Assembly (NCBI GenBank): GCA_963668315.1
Contig: OY764216.1
Coordinates: 4,288,001-4,352,000, forward strand
Source: Spirochaetia bacterium
Lineage (GTDB): Bacteria > Spirochaetota > Spirochaetia > DSM-2461
Direction of reading: 5' to 3'
Length of the DNA: 64,000 nucleotides
The notes under the pieces were generated by a model. It ran no database searches, had not been told where the DNA came from, and saw nothing but the letters and a program-made list of their open reading frames with translations. Made by a program: the position numbers and the translations under genes. This document shows, piece after piece, positions 56,837-64,000 of the stretch (its first letter is position 1; each line of letters opens with the position of its first letter).

Positions 56837-57754
56837 TTATTCGTATTTAATCCGGGGATCGATGAGGATATAAAAAAGATCGACAATGAACACCATGACG
56901 ATCAGAAAGGTGGCATAGAAAATGGTGATCCCCAGAATGGTCGTATAGTCCCGGTTGGTGATGCTCGTAACGAAGTGCTTTCCCATGCCGGGCAGAGCAA
57001 AAATCTTTTCGATAACGAAGGATCCGGTCAGGAGGGAGGCAATGGTGGGCCCGAGGACGGTGACCACCGGGATCAGGGCATTCCTGAGGGCGTGGCGGAC
57101 AACCACTTTATACTCCGAAAGGCCTTTGGAACGGGCGGTTCTGATGTAATCCTGCCCCATCACTTCCAGGAGGCTGGACCGCATGAGCCGCGCCAGGAAC
57201 GAGAGGGAGTAGCCACCCATGGCGACCACGGGCAGGATATAGCCGGCGGCCGAATCGAAACCGAAGGCGGGCAGCCAGTCCAGTTTGTAGCTGAAAACGT
57301 ACATGAGAAAGGTGGCGATGACGAAGGAGGGAATGGTCACGCCGATGGTGGCGATCACCATGGAGAGGACATCCTGCCATCGGCCATTCTTCAAAGCCGC
57401 CACAATGCCCATGGGAATGGAAGCGATCAGCACGAAGAGGATGGTGATCAGTCCCAGCCTGCCGGACACGGGAAATCCCTCCCTGATGAAGTCATTAACC
57501 CGCATGCCGGGATACTTGAAGGACGGGCCCAGGTCTCCGTGGAGAAGGCCGCCGATGTAATCGACCAGCTGTTTGGGAAGGGGGTCGTTCAGATGGTATT
57601 TTTCCATCAAAGCCGTTTCCACCTCCTCGGGCAGCTCACGCTGGGCGGTAAAAGGGCCGCCGGGAATGGCATGCATGAGGAAGAAGACCAATATGGAAAG
57701 AAGAAGCAGGGATATGATCATAGATCCCATGCGTTTTATAAGATAAAGTCCCAT
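56837..57754 (-). CDS. oppB: Peptide ABC transporter permease
   Basis: PGGPF, GDLGPS, IPSF, TARSKGL, HALRNA, DPRI. Confidence 0.92.
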   Translation of the reverse strand: MGLYLIKRMGSMIISLLLLSILVFFLMHAIPGGPFTAQRELPEEVETALMEKYHLNDPLPKQLVDYIGGLLHGDLGPSFKYPGMRVNDFIREGFPVSGRLGLITILFVLIASIPMGIVAALKNGRWQDVLSMVIATIGVTIPSFVIATFLMYVFSYKLDWLPAFGFDSAAGYILPVVAMGGYSLSFLARLMRSSLLEVMGQDYIRTARSKGLSEYKVVVRHALRNALIPVVTVLGPTIASLLTGSFVIEKIFALPGMGKHFVTSITNRDYTTILGITIFYATFLIVMVFIVDLFYILIDPRIKYE

Positions 57755-57858
57755 TAAATACTCCGAAAAGCGTAAGCATATTAGCTATAATTCAATAAGT
57801 CAATATCGAGTAACTGAGGCCTCAGAAAAAAGTTGACAATTTTACAATTTCACCCATT

Positions 57859-57963
57859 GGGGCAGGGATGGGAGGGGCGCGCGAAGCGCGGTCACGCAGG
57901 GACGGGAGGCGGGAGCCGGACCCCCGGACAGCCCGGTGACGCGGAGCGGCAGCCCCCCGAAAA
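57859..57963 (+). repeat. 105-bp GC-rich structured repeat, copy 1
   Basis: Identical to 60664-60768; contains cgc-GCGAAGC-gcg and GCGGAGC mini-hairpin motifs. Confidence 0.9.
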
Positions 57964-58049
57964 AGTCCTTAAATGGTTTTAATTGTCAAACTGCGCTATG
58001 TTAATCAGAATCCATGTAAAAACAATCATTATTCTCCAGGAGAAAAGAA

Positions 58050-60659
58050 GTGAAATCTGCGATAAAGATGAATTATGCATCAGGAATGGGTATATTGTTT
58101 TTACTATCCTCCTTATTTATGGGCTGTGAAGATCTGTCCGTTCTTTTTAGCACGTCCGATCCGATAGCGGTAACGGGTGCTTCGACAACTCCCTTTGAAT
58201 GTGAACTAGAGTTGGGAGAGATACAGCAGATAGGGGTGAATTTTACACCGGAAAATGCTACAGATAAATCCGTGGCTTGGGAATCTACGGCCCCGTCAAT
58301 TGCAACGGTTGACGAAGGCGGTGTTGTGACAGCCGTCAAAGCCGGATCGGCGGAAATCAGCATGACCACAAATGACGGCGGATTTACCGATACCTCATAT
58401 GTAACTGTGAAGGGAATCAATGTTCCGGTTACCGGAATAACCCTTTCCCCGGCCGTAAAAAATATGGTAGTGGGAGATTCTTTCATCATTTCGGCAAGTA
58501 TACTGCCTTCCGATGCAACCAATTCCGCCGTTTCCTGGAGCTCCTCAGCGCCCTTAGTGGCAACAGTGGATGACGCCGGTTCCATTTCGGCTCTGGCAGT
58601 GGGAACAACCGACATTTCGGTGACAACTGAAGACGGAAGCTTTTCCGATACCTGCGCCCTGACTGTCACTGCGGCAGTTGTTGGTGTTTCCGGGGTTCAA
58701 TTGGACAGGGAAAGCGCCACACTTGAGGTGGACGATACGGTTCAGCTGAAGGCGACGGTGTCTCCCAGCGATGCGACGAATACGGATGTGACATGGTCAA
58801 CGTCTGCCGGCTCAGTGGCAACGGTTAGCAGTTCCGGACTCGTTACGGCCAAAGGTAAAGGTACGGCCACGATTAGCGTTTCCACTGAGGATGGCAATTA
58901 TTCCGATGATGTTTCCATCACCGTGATAGTTCCGGTAACAGGGGTGACGCTGGATTTAGAAACGAAAACGATGATTATAGGCGAGACATCATCCCTTTCC
59001 GCCACAATTTTCCCTTCCGATCCAAGCAATGCCAACCTTAGCTGGACATCGTCCTCACCATCAATAGCAACAGTGGATGACGCCGGTTCCATTTCGGCTA
59101 TGGCAGTGGGAACAACCGACATTTCGGTGACAACTGAAGACGGGAGCTTTTCCGATACCTGCGCCCTGACTGTTACGGCCGCGACCGTTGATGTTACGGG
59201 AGTTCTGCTGGACAGGGAGAGTGCCGCGCTGGAGGTGGACGATACGGTTCAGTTGACGGCGACGGTGTCTCCCAGCGATGCGACGAATAGGGATGTGACA
59301 TGGTCTACCTCCCAATCAACTGTGGCCACGGTCAGTTCCGACGGCCTGGTAACAGCCAAAGGAGTCGGAACCGCGACCATAAGCGTGAAGACAAACGATG
59401 GAAATTATACGGATACAGCATCAATTACCGTGAATTCCACTCCCGTGACAGGGGTCTCACTTACCATAGAAAGTGCCATTCTGGCAAAAGACAAAACCCT
59501 TCAACTAGACGGCACAATTACACCAGACAATGCTACAAACACTGCTCTAACCTGGGTTTCTTCTGAAGAATCCGTAGCAACGGTAAGCAGCACTGGTTTG
59601 GTTACAGCGCTTGCCGACGGCTCAACGACAATTACTGTTACGACCGCTGACGGGAACTATACCGATATGGTAGATATCATGGTAAGAAATGCGGTGACTC
59701 TGGTTTCCCTCTCTCCGGAGAGTTATATCCTGGAAGAGGGTGATACCTTACAATTGTCTACAGGGATTTTTCCCATCGATGCGACCAATCAAAGTTTGAC
59801 TTGGACTAGTTCCGATCCTTCCGTAGCCACTGTCAGTTCATCCGGACTGGTAACAGCCGTTAGCAGTACCAGCGATGCCATTACCATTACAGCCACATCG
59901 GAGGATACGGCAGTGTCCGATACTTGCATACTAAAGGTGGTAGAACCGGCAACGGCGACATCCAAAGACATTACCTTCGATTTTGAATATATCTCAACCG
60001 GTATGGCGAGTAACGTTTACACTATCTGGCTTGAGAATAAAGTAACCGGGCAGATACAGAATCTCTTTACCTGCCGAAGAGCGATTAATACCGGCGCCTT
60101 ATCAAATGCCGCAAATGTTTTGGCATATTGGAGGGACCGTATTTTCGATAATGACGGGAATAGGGTTGTGGATGTCGTAACCGGTCCAACCTGGTCCAGA
60201 ACGGATTTCCTCCTTACCGACGGTATGACAATTGCGGACGATGAGAATGATGCAGATTCCGATCCCTCCTACCTGGAGATGACCGTAAACGAGAGCATGG
60301 GCGACCAGTTTATCCTTTACTTTGAGATGGACGAATCCTGGGAGACGAATGATTGGTTCACCAATAGAAATACCTACGACCAGCCATCTGCCCTTTATGC
60401 CGTTGCCATAGATTTGACCAATACCGCGACCACGGAATATACCTTGAAACCGGTCGGCTGGACGACCATGTATGATAGCACGGAGATCCCGGGATTGGGA
60501 TCACTGGACGCGAGCACGTACATCAGCGAGATTCGGTATTTCACCCATCATAAAATTGATAACGGGGACGGAACCTATGGCTTCGGCGGGGAGGATTCCG
60601 CTAACAGTTCCCTTCGCTGCATAGGTCCTATCACTGCGACGATTTCTGACACCCCCTAG
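58050..60659 (+). CDS. Surface lipoprotein with about 7 Big_2 Ig-like domains and a C-terminal DUF2271-like domain
   Basis: Lipobox-like FMGC; repeated VTGV.L...P.DATN..V.W.SS...VATV...G.VTA units; C-terminal YTIWLEN, LAYW, DVVTGPT, LYFEMD, DQPS. Confidence 0.8.
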   Translation: MKSAIKMNYASGMGILFLLSSLFMGCEDLSVLFSTSDPIAVTGASTTPFECELELGEIQQIGVNFTPENATDKSVAWESTAPSIATVDEGGVVTAVKAGSAEISMTTNDGGFTDTSYVTVKGINVPVTGITLSPAVKNMVVGDSFIISASILPSDATNSAVSWSSSAPLVATVDDAGSISALAVGTTDISVTTEDGSFSDTCALTVTAAVVGVSGVQLDRESATLEVDDTVQLKATVSPSDATNTDVTWSTSAGSVATVSSSGLVTAKGKGTATISVSTEDGNYSDDVSITVIVPVTGVTLDLETKTMIIGETSSLSATIFPSDPSNANLSWTSSSPSIATVDDAGSISAMAVGTTDISVTTEDGSFSDTCALTVTAATVDVTGVLLDRESAALEVDDTVQLTATVSPSDATNRDVTWSTSQSTVATVSSDGLVTAKGVGTATISVKTNDGNYTDTASITVNSTPVTGVSLTIESAILAKDKTLQLDGTITPDNATNTALTWVSSEESVATVSSTGLVTALADGSTTITVTTADGNYTDMVDIMVRNAVTLVSLSPESYILEEGDTLQLSTGIFPIDATNQSLTWTSSDPSVATVSSSGLVTAVSSTSDAITITATSEDTAVSDTCILKVVEPATATSKDITFDFEYISTGMASNVYTIWLENKVTGQIQNLFTCRRAINTGALSNAANVLAYWRDRIFDNDGNRVVDVVTGPTWSRTDFLLTDGMTIADDENDADSDPSYLEMTVNESMGDQFILYFEMDESWETNDWFTNRNTYDQPSALYAVAIDLTNTATTEYTLKPVGWTTMYDSTEIPGLGSLDASTYISEIRYFTHHKIDNGDGTYGFGGEDSANSSLRCIGPITATISDTP

Positions 60660-60663
60660 TACC

Positions 60664-60768
60664 GGGGCAGGGATGGGAGGGGCGCGCGAAGCGCGGTCAC
60701 GCAGGGACGGGAGGCGGGAGCCGGACCCCCGGACAGCCCGGTGACGCGGAGCGGCAGCCCCCCGAAAA
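60664..60768 (+). repeat. 105-bp GC-rich structured repeat, copy 2
   Basis: Direct identical repeat of 57859-57963, starting 5 bp after the stop of 58050..60659. Confidence 0.9.
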
Positions 60769-60795
60769 CAAACGCTTTCACCAAAAGTCATTCTC

Positions 60796-61317
60796 ATGTA
60801 TAATTACCCTATGGAACCGATTCAGGGGTTGGAACACTTTATAGACAACAAAGAACTCATTGATCTGAACTTCAGCCATATCCGCTTTGCCCACGGCGTG
60901 GTGGAGGACAAGCTGATTGACAGCACGATTATTAATTATGCCTCCTTCGAGGACGTGACTTTCAAGAACTGCCACTTTGACATCTGCTTTATGGAGAAGT
61001 GCCGTATGATCAACTGCCGCTTTATCGAGGTGCGCATGACCCACTCCCTGGCGGCGGGATCGGTTTTTCAGAATTGCCTCTTTGAGGATTGCGACCTGAT
61101 CAGCGTGAATTTCAACGGTATTCAGGCGGAGAGAACATCCTGGGTGGCCTCGGACCTCTACTATTCCCGGTTTATCTCATCGAAACTGACCGATGTGGTG
61201 TTCGATGACTGCAATCTCAAACGGGTGGACTACTCCCATTCGGAACGGAGGAATGTCTCCTTCAAGAGTTCCAATGTACAGGATGCCTATCTGGATCAGG
61301 CGAAGGAGGATATGTGA
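60796..61317 (+). CDS. Pentapeptide-repeat protein
   Basis: Regular five-residue periodicity (ASFED VTFKN CHFDI CFMEK CRMIN CRFIE). The start may be ATG at 60811. Confidence 0.85.
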   Translation: MYNYPMEPIQGLEHFIDNKELIDLNFSHIRFAHGVVEDKLIDSTIINYASFEDVTFKNCHFDICFMEKCRMINCRFIEVRMTHSLAAGSVFQNCLFEDCDLISVNFNGIQAERTSWVASDLYYSRFISSKLTDVVFDDCNLKRVDYSHSERRNVSFKSSNVQDAYLDQAKEDM

Positions 61318-61949
61318 AGGTAAAATGCCATTTCGCCGTGGTGGGCCTGAGCAACACCTACCTGATAGGGGATTCCTGCGGGGGCGAAGCGATTATGGTG
61401 GACCCCAGCCGTTTCGACGTCCCCCTTCTGAAGATGATCGAGGACAATAATTATTACGTGAAGGGCGTTCTTATCACCCATAACCATGAGAATCATGTCC
61501 ACGGCCTTCTGACCATGCGCAAGATTTACGATTTCGATATTTACGCCGCCGAGCCGGAAGTGATGGGCTTTGAGACCATTCCCGTCTCCGAGTCGGAGCC
61601 CTTCGAGTGCTGCGGCTTCAGGGTGGAGCCTCTGTTCATACGGGGCCACTCCTCCGATTCCCTGGTCTACAAGGTGCGGAATGTGCTGTTCACCGGGGAT
61701 CTTCTTTCCGCCGGACGGGTGGGAACGCCGAACAGCCGGTGGAGCAAGGCCGCCCTGTACCGGGATCTGGCGGACAAGGTGAATACCCTGGACGGTGAGA
61801 CGATTATCTTTCCCGGCCACGGACCGCCCTCGACGCTGGCCATTGAGAGGGAGACGAATCCGGCTTTCCTGAATTTGGATGAATTTGCTCTGGACGGGGT
61901 CGAGGATGAGGATGATCTCGGGGTTGAGGTGGAGGATTTCGAGATTTAG
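61314..61949 (+). CDS. MBL-fold metallo-hydrolase (glyoxalase II-like)
   Basis: NTYL, VDP, THNHENH, GHS, LFTGD, FPGHGP; GTG start overlaps the upstream stop. Confidence 0.85.
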   Translation: MKVKCHFAVVGLSNTYLIGDSCGGEAIMVDPSRFDVPLLKMIEDNNYYVKGVLITHNHENHVHGLLTMRKIYDFDIYAAEPEVMGFETIPVSESEPFECCGFRVEPLFIRGHSSDSLVYKVRNVLFTGDLLSAGRVGTPNSRWSKAALYRDLADKVNTLDGETIIFPGHGPPSTLAIERETNPAFLNLDEFALDGVEDEDDLGVEVEDFEI

Positions 61950-62025
61950 GGTTTTGGGATAGGCTGCGGGGGCTTTTGCAGAGGCATCAGAGGCAGCTGA
62001 GGGGAAGAGTAATGGAGTTAGGGGA

Positions 62026-62430
62026 TTATTCTTTATGGTAGTAGGGGTTGATGATTCTTTTAATACCATTTTTTAGAGTGACTTCATTGAAGTTTATAAG
62101 GATTCCCAGTCTTTTATTCATTAATCTCAGATAGGTTAATACTTGTTTGGGGTGGATTTCTATGAGATTTTTAACGGATTTTAGCTCGACGATGATTTTA
62201 TCATTTACCAGCAGATCCAATCGGTAAGATTTAGGAATGTATAGGGATTTATAGATAAGAGGAATGTCTATTTCATAACCAATACTTAATCCGGCAGTCT
62301 GTAATTCATATGCCATAAGCTGTTGATAGGCCGATTCCAGTAATCCCGGTCCAAATGTTCTATGAATATTAATCGCCGTCCCAATAATAGTTCCACTTAA
62401 TTCATTTAATTCTTGTTCATCTTCACTCAT
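62026..62430 (-). CDS. GxxExxY protein (PD-(D/E)XK nuclease-like)
   Basis: GPGLLESAY, RLDLLVND.IIVELKS, QVLTYL, GILINF. Confidence 0.9.
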   Translation of the reverse strand: MSEDEQELNELSGTIIGTAINIHRTFGPGLLESAYQQLMAYELQTAGLSIGYEIDIPLIYKSLYIPKSYRLDLLVNDKIIVELKSVKNLIEIHPKQVLTYLRLMNKRLGILINFNEVTLKNGIKRIINPYYHKE

Positions 62431-62614
62431 GTCTATAGGGGGACAAATAACTTTCCCGATTTCCCAACCCTCTGCCTGCTTTGCTAGCTTAACTTCCTCT
62501 GCGAGAGCATTAACGTCGTAATGAGATTACCCCTGCTCTCGCATTCACCGATTCTTCCCCAAAGGCACATAAGCCCGTCACAACTTTTTCCCAGAGGGAG
62601 CTATCCTATTCTTT

Positions 62615-63529
62615 ATGAAAGGGAAATATCTCGCCATACTGTTTTTGGTTACATTGTTTTCGGCCGGGTGCGCCCAGTTGCTTTTTACTCAGGATGAGTC
62701 TTCCGATATCGAGACTATTGCCGATCATTCGGTGGTTCGTCAGCTTTACGACGGGCAGATGGCCGAGGCTGATATACAAAGAGCCGTGGACGACCTTCAT
62801 ATCGGATACGGCCACACCTCCCACGGGAGCCAGATAACCGACGGCATGACAGGGCTGACAGCCTTTGCCGATAACAACTTTCCCGAATACAGTGAAGACC
62901 TGTTCCAGTGGAGCCGTGACGGGTCGTCAGGGCTCCATCTCTATGAGGGTGACGGCTACGGTGACGGGGATCTGGATCATGACTGCGGCTATGCGGGATG
63001 GGATGACGAAACCAGGGCATTCCTGAATGACGAGAATAACAGTGAATTTAATGTGATCATGTGGTCCTGGTGCGGCCAGGTTGATTCCGTGGATATAGAC
63101 AGCCATTACCTGGAGAGGATGGAAGCCCTGGAGGCGGATTATCCCGATGTGACTTTTATTTATATGACCGGTCATCTGGAAGGGGGCTCGGACGATCCCG
63201 GAGAAAATGCCGTCCTGGCCCATAATAATGCCATACGGGACTACTGCCGGGAGAAGGGAAAGTGGCTTTTTGATTTCGCCGATATTGAAAAGTATGATCT
63301 GGACGGGCGCTATTTCGGCGACAAGCTGGCCGATGACGGCTGCAACTATGACAGCACCGGAGACGGTTCCCGTGATGCCAACTGGGCGGTAGACTGGCAG
63401 AATTCCCACACAGAGGGAGAGGAGTGGTACAGCTGCGGCGCCGCCCATTCCCAACCGGTTAATGCCAATCAGAAAGCCTATGCCGCCTGGTGGCTATTCA
63501 CCCAGATAGGCCGGTCTCGATGGGAATAA
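62615..63529 (+). CDS. Secreted lipoprotein of unknown function (SGNH-like)
   Basis: Lipobox-like SAGC; YGHTSHGSQ, WSWCGQ, YMTGH, LFDFADIE, CGAAHS. Confidence 0.6.
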   Translation: MKGKYLAILFLVTLFSAGCAQLLFTQDESSDIETIADHSVVRQLYDGQMAEADIQRAVDDLHIGYGHTSHGSQITDGMTGLTAFADNNFPEYSEDLFQWSRDGSSGLHLYEGDGYGDGDLDHDCGYAGWDDETRAFLNDENNSEFNVIMWSWCGQVDSVDIDSHYLERMEALEADYPDVTFIYMTGHLEGGSDDPGENAVLAHNNAIRDYCREKGKWLFDFADIEKYDLDGRYFGDKLADDGCNYDSTGDGSRDANWAVDWQNSHTEGEEWYSCGAAHSQPVNANQKAYAAWWLFTQIGRSRWE

Positions 63530-63587
63530 TTTTTTCCGTCCCGAGTTTCCCTGTAAATTAGCCCGGGATCACGCTATAATGGGTGTT

Positions 63588-64000
63588 ATGAAAACTATTA
63601 AATACCAGATAATGACCCTATTGCTGCTAGCTCAGCTGATTCTCTCCTGCACCGCCTCGGCGGCTCCTTCCCAGGGGAAGATAAGGATTGACTTTGACTT
63701 CGACAGCCGGAACGCCAGCGATTGGAAGAATATCTATGTCATCTGGCTGGAAAACGAGGAGGGGGCGATTCAGAACCTTTATGTCTGTGAGCGTCTCCTG
63801 GACGGCTCTATAACCGATTATGAATCCGCCCTTCCCTTCTGGCACCTTAACCGCTATAACTCGGGGGATGAGACTTTCAGGGAAGAAGTTGATGCGGTCA
63901 CCGGACCGACCGAAGCGAACAGGGACTTTACCCTGACCGCCCCCATCAACGAATCGCTGGGAGAGAACTTCACCCTGTACTTTGAAATAGACCAGTCCTT
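63588..64000 (+). CDS. Lipoprotein with DUF2271-like domain (3'-partial; absent from the ORF track)
   Basis: Manual translation MKTIKYQIMTLLLLAQLILSC...NIYVIWLENEEGAIQNLYVC...LPFW...VDAVTGPT...FTLYFEIDQS, homologous to the C-terminus of 58050..60659. Confidence 0.8.
   Translation, partial: MKTIKYQIMTLLLLAQLILSCTASAAPSQGKIRIDFDFDSRNASDWKNIYVIWLENEEGAIQNLYVCERLLDGSITDYESALPFWHLNRYNSGDETFREEVDAVTGPTEANRDFTLTAPINESLGENFTLYFEIDQS

Noticed and set aside
57833..57989. 9-bp inverted repeat TTGACAATT/AATTGTCAA around repeat copy 1 as MITE ends
   Set aside because: Not present around copy 2; more simply explained as chance or promoter-like sequence in an AT-rich divergent intergenic region.
58560..59307. 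Diversity-generating retroelement TR/VR pair
   Set aside because: Both copies are in-frame Ig domains within one gene, the differences are not confined to adenines, and there is no reverse transcriptase in the window.
57859..60768. 105-bp repeats as a CRISPR array or integron attC sites
   Set aside because: Only two copies 2.8 kb apart, too long for CRISPR repeats, no cas genes, no RYYYAAC/GTTRRRY core sites and no integrase.
60796..61949. Qnr-type quinolone resistance and metallo-beta-lactamase
   Set aside because: Fold-level similarity only. The MBL has no signal peptide, has HNHENH instead of HxHxDH and looks glyoxalase-II-like; the context appears chromosomal.
1..64000. rRNA, tRNA or known riboswitch genes
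   Set aside because: None recognised by eye; a tRNAscan-SE or Infernal scan would be needed to exclude them formally.

Overview
Bacterial chromosomal window, probably from a free-living spirochaete (inferred from the OppA signal peptide ending VFANG and many spirochaete-type lipoproteins; not verified). It has four parts. (1) 1-2853: the end of an IS3-family element, then two very AT-rich surface-glycan genes (RgpF-like protein, acyltransferase-3). (2) 2940-12536: a nested IS pile whose target-site duplications can be read directly. One IS3-family element contains two copies of one IS256-family element (type A). Each of those holds a copy of a second IS256-family element (type B), and the first also holds a 3.2-kb TG...CA Mu/Tn7-like transposon (Zn-finger protein, DDE transposase, AAA+ ATPase, and a small protein ending in a beta-clamp-binding-like motif QLSLPF). 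(3) 12683-51282: a ~38-kb Wzx/Wzy-type polysaccharide locus with three flippases, a polymerase-like protein, GT2/GT4/GT14/GT61 enzymes, AlgI/AlgJ and two hexapeptide acetyltransferases. It also carries an unusual amide-forming and thiotemplate toolkit: a TE-less C-A-T NRPS module, three AsnB-like enzymes, a NadE-like enzyme, an ATP-grasp ligase, an ACP and an AMP-ligase. Secreted beta-helix, esterase and glycoside-hydrolase-like proteins sit on the opposite strand. (4) 51421-64000: GC-richer DNA with a cyclophilin, an opp-type ABC operon, a 7-Ig-domain lipoprotein bracketed by identical 105-bp GC-rich direct repeats, pentapeptide-repeat, MBL-fold, GxxExxY and SGNH-like genes, and a truncated DUF2271-like gene. 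The best candidates for undescribed systems are the NRPS/ACP-linked decoration of a polysaccharide, the transposon with a putative clamp-binding adaptor, and the 105-bp repeat-bounded cassette. All family calls come from motif recognition by eye; no database searches were run.
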